Shown here: positions 1 to 11,319 of the stretch, piece by piece | Layout: each line of letters opens with the position of its first letter | How positions within the stretch are numbered: position 1 is the stretch's first letter | Source of the DNA: an uncultured Phycisphaerales bacterium | GTDB taxonomy: Bacteria; Planctomycetota; Phycisphaerae; Tepidisphaerales; Tepidisphaeraceae | Assembly: GCA_963792535.1 (NCBI GenBank) | Contig: CAWBWQ010000001.1 | Coordinates: 128,001-192,000 of the forward strand | Length of the DNA: 64,000 nt | Reading direction: 5' to 3' | The notes under the pieces: model-generated | Databases searched by the model: none | Told to the model about the DNA's origin: nothing | The model's input: the letters and a program-made list of their open reading frames with translations, nothing else | Made by a program: the position numbers and the translations under genes

Positions 1-15
1 AACGCGAATCTCCCC

Positions 16-914
16 ATGAACGATCCCGCCCCGACGATAAAGATTACAGCCCGCCGAGGGCAGCTCATGTGCTGCCTAGTCACGGTAATGCTGGGACTGG
101 TCGCTTCATGCAGCAAGCCCGCGAACGTCGCTGATAACAATTCCGCTGCGCCGACCGTCGCCTCCCTGGTTCCGGCGGCGACGGATTTAATTGTCGGCAT
201 GGGTGCGCGGGATCGGCTTGTCGCAGTCAGTTCGTACGATGACAAGCGACCGGATGTCCGCCAACTGCCGCGGGCCGGAAACTATGAAACGATCGACTGG
301 GAACTCCTGCGATCGCTTCATCCGACAGTGCTGATTACTCAGACACGCCCGATCGCCAGCCAGCCGGCTTTAAGGCCAATGCCGTTGAACTCGGTATTAC
401 TCCCGTGAATGTGAAAATAGAAACGCTGGACGATATTTTCACCACTATCGATCAACTTGGCGATGCCATGAAGGAATCATCGCTCGCGCAGACAGCGCAT
501 CAATCCTTGCGGGCAAGGCTTGACGCGGTCGCAAAACTGAACCTGGGCCGGCCGCCGGTCAGGGCGATGATCGTGATAAGCTCGACCGCACAGAACGTGG
601 CTGGCGTGGGTACCTATCTGAATAATCTATTGACGCTGGCGGGCGGTGTGAATGTGCTTGGCGCTGAGATGGGGCATTGGCCAGCGATCGATCGGGAAAA
701 GCTGCTGTCGCTGAATCCCGAGGTGATTCTGCAACTGCTGCCCGATGCGTTGCCGCAGGAGCGCGAAGAGGCGGCGGCGGTGTGGAAGCAGCTTCCACAA
801 TTTCCCGCCGTCGCAGGTGGGCGGGTCTATCCCATCTATGAAGGTTATGCTTTGCTGCCGGGCTGGCACGTGGCCGATCTGGCTGAGAAATTCAATCGGT
901 GTCTTCACCCTTGA
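16..914 (+). CDS. Cobalamin/iron-siderophore ABC substrate-binding lipoprotein (BtuF-like), frameshift near 350
   Basis: Lipobox LVASC; motifs ASLVPAATDLIVGMG, RLVAVSSYD, IDREKLLSLNPEVI; split over ORFs 16..408 and 405..914. Confidence 0.8.
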
Positions 915-981
915 ATCCTTCAGTGATCGATCATTCGTCAATCGTCGCGCATCGGGTTGGCCCGGCATCGGACCGCACATC

Positions 982-1989
982 ATGAAAACATCGCGCTGGG
1001 GCATTTTTCAAATGGTGTCGACGCTTTTGATCTGCGTCGGTGGATGGACCATTGTGGCTTGCGCATGTTTGTGCGTCGGATCGACCAGCAGCGGTTTTCA
1101 TTGGCCCAGGTCAGTTGAATTGATGCAGTATCGGCGCGAAATGGTGCTGCTGGCGTCGTTAATCGGCGCGGCCCTGGCATCGGCCGGGGTTGTGTATCAG
1201 GCCATTTTGCGAAATCCGCTGGCTGACCCGTATCTGCTGGGCGTCAGTAGTGGGGCGATGCTGTCGTCATTTATATGGCGCTTTTCTTCGGTGGCGTTGC
1301 TCGCCGGCGCGGCGGGGGCGTTAGGCCAGCAGGCGTTTGCCTTTGCCGGCGCGCTGATTGCCATCGCAGTTGTGTTCCTGCTTTCCATGCAGCGGGGCAG
1401 GCTGCAACCTATCACGCTGCTTCTGGTAGGTGTGATCGTCAATTCAATCAACGGCTCGATTTTTCTCCTGCTCAACGCGATCGTGCATGACATCACCGGT
1501 GGCAGTGGAGGCCCGATGTCATTTCTGGTCGGAGGCATCCAGACCAACCTTACCCGGTTTCAGGAAAGCGCCGCCGGGCTGGCGGTGGGAGTCTGCTGGG
1601 TGACACTGATGTATTTGAGCGGTCAACTTAACACTGCGGTGCTCTCTGAAGCCGAGGCGGCCGCGCTGGGTGTGCAAATTCACCGCCTGCGCTGGACGGC
1701 GCTGGTCGTCGCCTCCCTGATGACGGCAGCGGTCGTTGCGATCAGCGGGCCTATCGGATTTATCGGGCTGGTCTGTCCCCACGTCGCCCGTTTGCTGGTG
1801 GGTAACGACCAGCGGCGACTTTTGCCCCTGGCCACCGCTATGGGAGCATCGCTTCTGGCAATCGCAGATGCGATGTCACGCAGCATCGCTCAGACGACAC
1901 TACCGGTCGGTGTGCTGACCGGCCTGCTCGGCGGGCCGTTTTATTTGCTGCTGTTGTGGAATGCGCGGCGGCGCACAATCGCCGGGTGA
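982..1989 (+). CDS. FecCD/BtuC-family ABC permease
   Basis: QAILRNPLADPYLLGVSSGA and GPIGFIGLVCPHVAR motifs; hydrophobic; ATG at 982. Confidence 0.9.
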   Translation: MKTSRWGIFQMVSTLLICVGGWTIVACACLCVGSTSSGFHWPRSVELMQYRREMVLLASLIGAALASAGVVYQAILRNPLADPYLLGVSSGAMLSSFIWRFSSVALLAGAAGALGQQAFAFAGALIAIAVVFLLSMQRGRLQPITLLLVGVIVNSINGSIFLLLNAIVHDITGGSGGPMSFLVGGIQTNLTRFQESAAGLAVGVCWVTLMYLSGQLNTAVLSEAEAAALGVQIHRLRWTALVVASLMTAAVVAISGPIGFIGLVCPHVARLLVGNDQRRLLPLATAMGASLLAIADAMSRSIAQTTLPVGVLTGLLGGPFYLLLLWNARRRTIAG

Positions 1990-2127
1990 GAAAAATTCCA
2001 CCTGCGGCGATTAACTTTTTCGGCCCTGTTTTCCGGTCAAGGCCATGAATTCATTTGCTGGAATTCGATACCAAAAGCCCTACGATGGGCCCGCGCCGAC
2101 CTCCTGGCGGAGGGTTTTCCCATTTTT

Positions 2128-4669
2128 ATGTTGAGCGATTCAAGTCAAAATCGGCTGTTGCTTGAGGCGAAGGGAATCTTCAAATCATTCAATGGCATTG
2201 ATGTACTGAAGAACGCTGATCTGGATCTCTACGCGGGAGAGATACACGCCCTGGTGGGGGAAAACGGCGCGGGTAAGTCCACTTTGGCCAAGATTATTGG
2301 TGGGGTGCATACCCCGCGCTCGGCACGATTGCCATCGGAGGGCAGAATGTCCTGTTGCCCAATCCCCGCGCGGCAATCGCGCACGGTGTTGCGCTGATCC
2401 ACCAGGAACCACTTACATTTTCAGAACTAACGGTCGCGGAGAATGTCTTCATGGGGCGGCAACCGCGCGGCGTTGCGGGAATCCGCTGGGGAGAGATGTA
2501 CGAGCAGGCAGACGGCATCCTGCTTTCACTGGGTGTGAAGATTAACGCGCGGGCGAAGATGAGCGGGCTCTCGATTGCGGACCAGCAGATGGTGGAGATG
2601 GCCGCCGCCCTTTCGCAAAACGCTAAAATCCTGTTGATGGATGAAACAACCGCCGCCCTCACCCCCAGCGAGGTGAAGGACCTGTTCCGCGTGATGCGGC
2701 AATTGCGCGACCAGGGCGCGGCGTTGGCGTTCATCGGGCATCGCATGGAAGAAATCTTTGAGATTTGCGATCGTATCACCGTGCTGCGCGACGGGGATAT
2801 TGTCGCCCATCTGCTCAGGCGAGAAACTAGTATCGATGAAGTGCTGAAGCTGATGGTCGGGCGTTCGATGGCAAGCCTGTATGCGCGCCAGGTAAAGCAT
2901 CAAGCCGGCGAAATTGCGCTGGAGGTGAAGCAGTTAAGCCGGGCCGGAGAATTTTCGGATATCAGCTTTGATATCCGGCAAGGCGAAATCGTCGGGTTGG
3001 CCGGGCTGGTTGGCGCGGGGCGTACGGAAGTCGCCCGGACGATTTTTGGGATCACCTCGGCCGATTCCGGCGATATTTTGATCGATGGTAAATCACAAAA
3101 AATGGTCGGCCCGCGCGATGCAATGAGCCGGGGCATCGCGCTGGTGCCTGAAGATCGCCAGCACCACGGCGTATTGATGCCGCAGAGCATCTGGCGAAAT
3201 GCCACGCTTTCCGTGGCAGCGCGTTTGTCGAAGCTTGGCTGGCTGCGGGACGATGCGGCAAGAGCGCAGACAACGGATTATGCCCAGCGACTTCAGATCA
3301 AACTGCGAAGTATCGAGCAGCCGATCCGCGAATTATCCGGCGGAAATCAGCAGAAAGTCGTGTTGTCCAAATGGCTGTTAACCCAGCCGAAGATCATGAT
3401 CCTCGATGAACCGACGCGCGGGATCGATATCGGGGCTAAGGCGGAGGTGCATAAGTTGATCAGCAACCTGGCTGCTGAGGGAATGGCAGTGCTGATGATT
3501 TCATCGGAGCTGCCCGAGGTGCTGACGATGAGCGACCGCATCCTGGTCATGCGCGAAGGAAAGCTCATGCGCGAATTCTCGCGCGAGCACGCGACGCCCG
3601 AGAAGGTCATCGCCGCAGCGACAGGGCAGATGGAAAACAAGCCTGACGCATTGCCGGAACAGGATGCCCGTGCTGCAATGAAATCTAAGCCGCGCACGTG
3701 GATCAATAAGCTGCTCTCCACGCGCGAAGTGCCGATCATCGTGTCGCTGATGATGATTGTCCTGACTACCACCTGTTTCAATCACCAGTTTCTATCGGCT
3801 GAGAATTTGAAAAGCACCATGCTATGGATCCCTCTGCTGGTGATCATTGCCGTGGGTGAGATGATGGTGATTGTGACGCGCGGGGTGGATGTGTCGGTCG
3901 GTTCGATCATGGGGTTGTCGGGCATGATCGTTGGAATCCTGTTCAGGGATCACTGGACCGACAGCGTATCACTTGGTGTTTTGGCGGGAATGATGATTGG
4001 GGGTTTGCTCGGATCGTTCAACGGGCTCCTCATTTCGTTTTTGCGCGTGCCGCCTATCGTGGCGACCCTGGGCACGCTCGGATTGTTTCGCGGGTTAACG
4101 CACATCGTGAGCCGGGGTAACCAGATCAATGCCTACCAATTGCCGGCGTCGATCGATCGCTGGTCCAATGAAGGCCCGTTCGGAAGCCAGACACCCTTTC
4201 CGTGGCTGGTGATCATCGCCCTGGTGGCGGCGGGAGTCGGTTTTCTGTTCCTCCGTTTTACGCGCAGGGCCGCAATATTTATTCTGTGGGCGGAAACCCC
4301 GAAGCGGCCCGCCTGCGCGGCATCCGCGTCCGCAGTGTAACCTTTGCGGTTTATGCGATCGCCGGTTTGTGCAGCGGACTGGCGGGGGTTCTGTATGCGT
4401 CACGATTTGGTACGATCAATCCCGCGGCAATCGGGTCGGGGTTTGAACTGATCGTCATTTCCGCGGTGGTCGTGGGGGGAGTAAGCATTTTTGGCGGGTC
4501 GGGCACTGTTCCGGGCGTGGTGCTGGGAGCGCTGCTCCTTGGAACAATATACACTGCCCTGACAGTGCTGGGCGTGGCCGATGCCTGGCAGACGACCGCG
4601 TACGGAACGGTCATCTTACTTGCGGTCATTTTCGATCATCTTGTTCAATCAAAGAATCAGCGGGCGTAA
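2128..4669 (+). CDS. Sugar ABC ATP-binding protein (two ABC domains, RhaT-like) apparently fused to a permease (RhaP-like); frameshifts near 2330 and 4265
   Basis: GENGAGKST, LSGGNQQKV, ILDEPTRGIDIGAK, then in frame TRGVDVSVGS and PPIVATLGT permease motifs. Confidence 0.85.
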
Positions 4670-4696
4670 AGGTCGATCTGATTTCCCAATCGCATC

Positions 4697-5713
4697 ATGA
4701 CACAGGTCAAAGATCAGCAGCCTTCAGCCAAGCCCACGCCGGTGAAAACCTCGCGAGCGCGGCCCTGGATCGCTGTGCTGGCGATTCCCGAACTCATGGT
4801 CAGCGCCCTGCTGTTAGGCGTGCTTTGCGCCAGCACGGCACTTGAACCGCGGTTTCGCGATGTTGGATATCTTCTGGACCGCAGTTCACTTTTTATGGAA
4901 GTTGGGATGATGGCGGCAGGGATGACGTTCGTCATCATCGGCGGTCACATCGATTTATCGTGCGCGTCAATTCTCGCTTTGGTGGGCGCGATCGTGACCA
5001 CCTTGTCGGTGCATCATCATGTGCCGTTCGCCTTGCTGCTGGCGATGACACCCTTCCTCGGTGCGATCCTCGGCGCGGTAAATGGAGTGGTCGTTGCCCG
5101 GTTGGGCCTCCCGTCGCTGGTTGTGACGTTGGGAACAATGGCAATTTATCGTGGGCTCGCTCAGGTTCTGGTAGGCGATCATTCCGAGCCGGTGCCGGAC
5201 TGGTTTAAAGGACTGGATCAGGTGGCGGTAGGGCGCGGCAGCCTGCAGATACCAATGCCGATGATTATCCTGATTTGTTCGGCGGTGGTGCTGGGCCTTG
5301 TGCTTCACCGCACGGTGTTTGGCCGCTGGGTTTTTGCGATGGGGACCAACACCGATGCAGCTCTTTATTCCGGTGTTCCCGTGGCACGGGTAACCATCGG
5401 TTTCTTCATGTTAAGCGGCGTGCTGTCGTCGCTGGCAAGCCTGATGATGCTGTCGCGACTTGGCATCGCCCGGTATGACAACGCATCGGGGCAGGAGTTG
5501 GATGTCATTACCGCCGTGGTGCTTGGTGGAGCAAGCATCTATGGTGGACGTGGAACGATGCTCGGCACAATTATGGCACTGCTGTTAATCGGACTGCTGC
5601 AAACCGCCATGGGTGTCGCGAATATCAAAAGCGAATATCAGACAACCGCAAACGGCGCGTTGCTGATCGCCGCGGTCCTGCTGTCCAATGGCATCTCGAA
5701 ATTGCGAAGATAA
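4697..5713 (+). CDS. Sugar ABC permease (RhaQ-like)
   Basis: GHIDLS, LPSLVVTLGT, ELDVITAVVLGGASIYGGRG. Confidence 0.9.
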   Translation: MTQVKDQQPSAKPTPVKTSRARPWIAVLAIPELMVSALLLGVLCASTALEPRFRDVGYLLDRSSLFMEVGMMAAGMTFVIIGGHIDLSCASILALVGAIVTTLSVHHHVPFALLLAMTPFLGAILGAVNGVVVARLGLPSLVVTLGTMAIYRGLAQVLVGDHSEPVPDWFKGLDQVAVGRGSLQIPMPMIILICSAVVLGLVLHRTVFGRWVFAMGTNTDAALYSGVPVARVTIGFFMLSGVLSSLASLMMLSRLGIARYDNASGQELDVITAVVLGGASIYGGRGTMLGTIMALLLIGLLQTAMGVANIKSEYQTTANGALLIAAVLLSNGISKLRR

Positions 5714-5732
5714 TCTTTGGAGGAAATATCCC

Positions 5733-6787
5733 ATGCTCAAAAAACTAATTGTCAGCGGTGTTGTATCGGCCTTACTGATGACCGCCGCGTGTCATAAACG
5801 CGACACGACAGATTCGTCCAACGCTCCTGCCGCGGCGCGGGAAGCCTGCGGATCATTTACATTCCCAAGAATACCGGGAATCCGTATTTCAACAGCCTGG
5901 GCACTGGCTTCGAGCAGGGCTGCAAGGATTTGTCTGCGGACTATTTCACCACGGCCCCGGCAAACCCGGATGCCACGGCGCAAATCCCGTTCATCAAGGA
6001 TCAGGTGCAGCAGAAAGTGAGCGCGATCTGCATCTCACCGAACAGTCCCGATGCGCTGGATCAGGCTTGCGATGATGCCCGGGCCAAAGGTATCAAAGTC
6101 ATCATGGTGAACTCTGACATCACCGGAAATGAGTCGCACCGGGATGCGGCTATCTTTCCAACGGATTTCGACAAACTTGGTCCTTCGCAGATCGAACTGC
6201 TCGGATCGTTGATCGCCTATCAGGGTAAATTTGCGATTCTGTCGGCAACCACCGATGCGCCGGATCAGAACTACTGGATCGCGGGAATGAAAGAAGCGCT
6301 GAAGGATCCGAAATACGCCAAGATGGAACTTGTTGAGGTGGTCTACGGCGACGACAAACCGGAAAAGAGCCGAAAAGAGGCCGAGGGACTGCTTATCAAG
6401 CATCCTGATCTGAAGGCGATCCTGTCACCAACAACCGTTGGCGTGGAACAAGCCGCCAAGGCGGTGCAAACTGCGGGTGTATATCCCGGCGGAACCGGTG
6501 CAACCAACGGCGGGGTCGTGGTCACCGGCCTGGGCACTCCCGACCAGATGCGGGGATACATTAAATCAGGTGTGATCCCCGCGGTGGCTTTATGGAATCC
6601 GGCGGACGAGGGGCATCTTGCGGCATTTGTTGCCGCCGGGCTGGTCAAGGGAACGATCAAGGCAGAGCCCGGACAAAGCTTCAGCGTTCCCGGCCAGGGG
6701 AACTTCACCTTTGGAAAAAACTGCACCCTGATAGCAGGGCCGCCGGTGGTCTTTACCAAGGATAATATCGATCAGTATCATTTCTAA
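5733..6787 (+). CDS. rhaS: Rhamnose-type ABC substrate-binding lipoprotein (RhaS-like), frameshift near 5840
   Basis: GGAGG RBS, lipobox TAAC, IPKNTGNPYF in the shifted frame, AILSATTDAPDQNYWI, SPTTVG, LWNPADEG. Confidence 0.75.
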
Positions 6788-6826
6788 AGATACTGCGTTC
6801 GGGGGATCTCCCGTCTGATACTCGGC

Positions 6827-7349
6827 CTATTCCACCAGCACCGGAATGCTGACTCCGCGGTGTGGGAGGGGCAGCGATATGTTCGATCACTGGAATGTCT
6901 TCCAGAACATGCACCATGGCGATCTCATCGCAGTGGTCGTTTTTGGGGCACTTGACGCAGTCGCTCCATACTTTGAGCGGAAGCGTTTCTTTTTCGACCA
7001 CCTCGAATCCGAGACGTTCAAAAAAATGCTGTTCGTAGGTCAGCGACATCAGTTTGCGAATGCGTAACCGACGGGCTTCATCCACACACCACTTCACCAG
7101 TTGGGTTCCGATGCCCCGGCCCCGCGCTCGCTCGTCAACCGCCAGCGAACGCACTTCCGCCAGGTCCGCCCAGATAATCGCGACGCCTACGCAGCCAAGG
7201 ATCTCCCCGTCGACCTCATAGACCGCGAAGTCGCGCACGTGTTCATAAAGCTGGGCGAGGCTCTTGAAAAGCATCTTCCCCAATTCGGCGTGACTGCTGA
7301 TCACTGCCTGCATTCGCGGCACATCTTGTATGGTTGCATTCCGAATCAT
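6827..7349 (-). CDS. Short ArgA-type N-acetyltransferase (GNAT)
   Basis: LAEVRSLAV, GRGIGTQLV, KVWSDCVKCPK..CDEIAM; likely C-terminal frameshift (uncorrected ORF runs to 6753). Confidence 0.8.
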
Positions 7350-7572
7350 CAAAAGTTCCAAATAAATTTGCCTCGCATTATGCTTGTATGATAGCATAGT
7401 AAGGCTCAGGTTTGTCAGCGGTGCCTATGCGGATGCCGATTGATCAAACTTCTTCCCCCGTTTTCATCACCAATTCGGTTCCACCCCCTTATGGTCCATC
7501 CGGATTATATGGGCCGGCACAGCCGTTGCGGTTGCTGCCTGGAACAACCCCATTTCTTCAGGAGTCTGCCCA

Positions 7573-7866
7573 ATGATTCAGCTGAACTCCGGTAATGTTC
7601 TTCTTAAGCCCTCTCACCGCAAACAACTCATGGCGTCGCTGCGCAGGGCCGCCAAGATGGGTGAAAGGATCGGAAAGTTTGTATTAAATCTGAAGCTGCA
7701 TCGCAGCGGAAGGGCCTTTGAAGTCAGTGCAAGTGTGAACGATTCCTTCGGTAAGTTCGATCTTCGAACACGCAGCACTGACTGGCGAACGGCGCTTCGC
7801 AGTCTTATAAAAATGCTTGCCGCCCGCCTGCACGGGCAGCTTGTACTTAAAGCGGTGGCGACGTAG
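7573..7866 (+). CDS. Small basic protein, possibly HPF/RaiA-like fold
   Basis: AGGAG RBS; 97 aa, basic; apparent beta-alpha-beta-beta-beta-alpha pattern. Confidence 0.5.
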   Translation: MIQLNSGNVLLKPSHRKQLMASLRRAAKMGERIGKFVLNLKLHRSGRAFEVSASVNDSFGKFDLRTRSTDWRTALRSLIKMLAARLHGQLVLKAVAT

Positions 7867-8189
7867 ACGACCACCCCGGTCGATGAAAGTCAGTCGCACC
7901 GCGACGATGCGATGTTCGCTTTAAAGCAACATCGTCGGCGTGATGCAACTGACCACCGACCTTGTAAAAACCGCGGCACGCCCGTCCGGCAGTGCATCGC
8001 CATCTGATCTGGCCCCATTTTATCAGGTAGGCCAGGCATGGCGATGCGTCCCGGAACGCGGAGTGGGTGTCGGTACCCGCAGCGGTGATCGCCTCAGGCT
8101 GAAAAAGTCCGTCGCTTGTTCAACCCTTGCAATCGCGCGGGCGCGGATATCTTCGCCGCATGTGGAGTCGTTTACGACGGCCCGCAACG

Positions 8190-8261
8190 GCCGAAGTAGC
8201 TCAATGGCAGAGCACCGCTTTCGTAAAGCGGGGGTTGTGGGTTCAACTCCCATCTTCGGCT
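8190..8261 (+). tRNA. tRNA-Thr(CGT)
   Basis: Acceptor GCCGAAG/CTTCGGC; anticodon arm CCGCT-TTCGTAA-AGCGG; T arm GGTTCAACTCC; CCA not encoded. Confidence 0.95.
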
Positions 8262-8401
8262 CATCGCGAACAAAAAAAGGTTGCCACACTCCCCGCAATT
8301 GCCTCGACGATCTCCCGCTAACTGTTTTGGTTTTAGCCCGATTCAAGTGGTGGCGATGCTCCGGTTTTTTCCGGACATCATCAGCGATGTTCCAGTGGCG
8401 C

Positions 8402-8429
8402 TCGACAGCATCGTTTCCCGCAGTATAAT
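8402..8429 (+). promoter_or_regulatory. Sigma70-type promoter for tRNA-Leu
   Basis: TCGACA-16 nt-TATAAT ending 13 nt before the tRNA. Confidence 0.6.
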
Positions 8430-8442
8430 CTCTGCTCCTCAA

Positions 8443-8524
8443 GCCCAGGTGGCGAAACTGGCAGACGCACTACCTTGAGGTGGTAGCGCCGCAAGGCATG
8501 CAGGTTCAAATCCTGTCCTGGGCA
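8443..8524 (+). tRNA. tRNA-Leu(GAG)
   Basis: Acceptor GCCCAGG/CCTGGGC; anticodon arm CTACC-TTGAGGT-GGTAG; long variable arm GCCGCAAGGC; GGTTCAAATCC. Confidence 0.95.
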
Positions 8525-8537
8525 CATGAAGATAGCG

Positions 8538-8591
8538 AAAAAACCGCGTTGCCCGCCCTTGCGGCGAACGACGCGGTTTTTTCTTTTTTTT
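8538..8591 (+). terminator. Intrinsic terminator after the tRNAs
   Basis: AAAACCGCGT...ACGCGGTTTT stem followed by a long T run. Confidence 0.75.
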
Positions 8592-8753
8592 GGCACCGAC
8601 TGCGGGAGTTTGCCGAACCGTATTGCAGCGCATCTGGCGGTGCCTTCGAATGTCCTTTGGTCAGGTTTACGTCTGCCCCGACAGCATGAAGACAGCATGG
8701 CGATAATGCCGGCCATCTGCTCGATGCTGCCGGATTATCTGCTGCGGCCGACG

Positions 8754-9231
8754 CTAAGGTTGAAACGCCTGCTTCATAATCCGCAAGCGCAATGCATCGA
8801 CGCGCGAGCGTTGATCTTCCGCTCGCTGCTGAAGGTGCATGTAGTCGGGGCCGCTCAGCGCCGAAAACTCTTCGGCTGCCGTGGCGAGGCCTATCCATAA
8901 TAGACGTTTACCCTCGATTCCTAACGACAGAACCTCCAGCGACTGCAGCAATCGCAGCGGGCCCGTCGCCGAATCATCCACTCTCATTTTTACGCGTACT
9001 ACCCTTTGCATCGTCCAGGCCGAGAACCTGCGCACCGATGCCAGTCCTCACCCGAGCTTTTTCCATAATCCGCTCGAGTTGCTCACGGTCGGCAGCTACT
9101 TCCACCGTGAGGCTTCGCGCCAAAGACTCATAATCACGGTATCGGCTGGCAACATCTTCCAACATTGCAAGTGCCATCACTGCGCCGGCAAGGTGGTCAT
9201 TCAAATATGTTGATAAGCGGTATTGAGACAT
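8754..9231 (-). CDS. Conserved hypothetical helical protein, frameshift near 9030
   Basis: YLNDHLAGA N-terminus joins LEVLSLGIEGKRLLW C-terminus across two ORFs. Confidence 0.7.
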
Positions 9232-9507
9232 ACATCGCCCTTTTTGAACGCGAGCCTCCGAGCTATATAGCGATTCGCTCTCGCGTGGTTCCGGCGATTC
9301 GTACTCCGCTCCCGTCTGCTGCTCATACGTCGACGACGGACGAGCGCAACCCAAAAAGCCTTCTTGACGCATCGCTGGTTACGTAGCCTTTTCCACGCTT
9401 CTTCACCCATCCACCTAAGAGATCGCACGCTCGGGTGGTACACACCGAGCGTGCGATCAAGCGCGTGGCCGCTGGGAACTAATCGTTTTCCAAAACATCA
9501 ATCCCGT

Positions 9508-10410
9508 TTAGCTGTGTTGCACTTCTTGTTTGGCTTTGACCACGGCAGCAGACGAACCAGGAGTTCCAAACAACTGTGGATCAACGGGCCCAAGCACCGG
9601 CTCTACGCCCATCGGAGGCACTTTGTCCATGTATTTGAAGGTGCCTCTCCCGTCGGGTGCTGGACCACTGGCCCAGCTGCCAGATTTGCTTTCGCTTCCT
9701 TCGCTGTGATTCATGAAAGTGTAGTTCACGCGACTGTCCTCCATGTCGCGCGGAAAGCTACTCGGGCACGGCGACATCTCCAGCCCGTCCGCCTGCAGTT
9801 CGTCAATTGCAGCCACCCACAGATTCTGATGCATGGTGTCCCGGGCAATCATAAATTTCATCATGTCATGAACGCCTGCGTCATCGGTCGTGCCGAAAAT
9901 CCTGCAAACCTGCAACCTGCCCTGGCTTTCCGCGGTCACGTTCATGCGGAAGTCCGCAAGGAGATTCCCGCTTGCCACGATGTACTTGCCGTTCCACGGA
10001 AAGCCAACGCTGTCCGCGCACATCGCCCCGTTTCCGGCAACGATCATATGCTGCGGGTTCATGGCGGCAGCCATCAGCTTATCCTTGACACTTCCGCCAC
10101 CCAGCGCTGTTTCAATTAAACCGTTGCTCTTGGCAGTCGACTCTACCATCTGCGGGCTGGCCTCTTCGAGGAGTTGCGCGATCATCATGGTAAGCATCTC
10201 CACATGGCCGATTTCCTCCGTGGCGATATCGAGCATCATGTCACGGTATTTCGCCGGGCCACGACAATTCCATCCCTGGAACATGTACATCATCATGACA
10301 CTGATCTCGCCCCACTGGCCACCGAGTACTTCCTGTAGGCGTTTGGCCAATAAAGGGTCGGGACGGTCGGGCTTGCAGTTGTAGGCGGGTGCTTTAACGC
10401 GGTAAAACAT
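9508..10410 (-). CDS. Manganese catalase family protein
   Basis: QEVLGGQWGE, DIATEEIGHVEML, AESQGRLQ, ARDTMHQ. Confidence 0.93.
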   Translation of the reverse strand: MFYRVKAPAYNCKPDRPDPLLAKRLQEVLGGQWGEISVMMMYMFQGWNCRGPAKYRDMMLDIATEEIGHVEMLTMMIAQLLEEASPQMVESTAKSNGLIETALGGGSVKDKLMAAAMNPQHMIVAGNGAMCADSVGFPWNGKYIVASGNLLADFRMNVTAESQGRLQVCRIFGTTDDAGVHDMMKFMIARDTMHQNLWVAAIDELQADGLEMSPCPSSFPRDMEDSRVNYTFMNHSEGSESKSGSWASGPAPDGRGTFKYMDKVPPMGVEPVLGPVDPQLFGTPGSSAAVVKAKQEVQHS

Positions 10411-10553
10411 AAACGAGCTCCACAAAGTGAATAAATGAAGAAAGAAAACGACGGGCAAGTCGCCAGCAACCCGAGCGCCGTAACTGTAAAATGACTCCTA
10501 AGGGAATTTGGCCGCTGCACTCAGTTGTAGAGGCGACGTAGGCTGTTGCTACT

Positions 10554-11294
10554 ATGCTACACCCCAACGTTGCGCCCGGCGTCCATCGAATCGAAGACGG
10601 CTATGTGAATTGGTACCTCTTGGAAGATGGTGCAGACCTGACGATAGTAGATTGCGGGATGACCAGAAGTTGGCCGTCGCTGCTGGCTGCATTAACGCAG
10701 CTTGGACGGTCGCAGTCGCATGTAAAAGCCGTAGTTCTGACGCACGCCCATTTCGATCATGTCGGTATCGCCGAGCGATTGCGTCACGAATGGGATCTGC
10801 CAGTCTTCGTTCACGAGCTGGATTCAAAGCTGGCGACGCACCCTTTGAACTATGACCATGAAACCAGCACACTCCGATATGCGTGGCGTCCTTCTACAAT
10901 GAAAGTGCTTACTTCATTTATGGCATGGGGCATGCTCTCGACCCCGCCACTCAGCGCTGTCACAACCTACCAGGACAATGACGAACTGAATGTTCCAGGC
11001 CATCCTAAAATAGTGTTCACACCCGGGCATACATACGGTCATTGCTCGCTGTACTTGCCGGACCGCAATACACTCATTGCCGGCGACGCGATCGTCGAGA
11101 CCGATCCCTACACACAAAAACCGGGTCCACGCATGGTGTGTCGGGCCGCGACCGCGAATGTCGAGCAAAACCGCCATAGCCTGGACCGGTTGGTGGAGCT
11201 ATCCGCAGCAACGGTGCTCACCGGTCACGGTAGACCAATCACAGACGGTCTGGCGGCGGCAGTGGAGAGTGCTCGACGGATCCCCGTGACTTAA
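10554..11294 (+). CDS. MBL-fold metallo-hydrolase
   Basis: THAHFDHVG, TPGHTYGH, AGD, GHG. Confidence 0.9.
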   Translation: MLHPNVAPGVHRIEDGYVNWYLLEDGADLTIVDCGMTRSWPSLLAALTQLGRSQSHVKAVVLTHAHFDHVGIAERLRHEWDLPVFVHELDSKLATHPLNYDHETSTLRYAWRPSTMKVLTSFMAWGMLSTPPLSAVTTYQDNDELNVPGHPKIVFTPGHTYGHCSLYLPDRNTLIAGDAIVETDPYTQKPGPRMVCRAATANVEQNRHSLDRLVELSAATVLTGHGRPITDGLAAAVESARRIPVT

Positions 11295-11319
11295 ACTGAT
11301 ATAGAGATCGTAATCGGGT

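Noticed and set aside
7940..8716. ORFs overlapping the tRNA genes
   Set aside because: Shadow ORFs over clear tRNA cloverleaves
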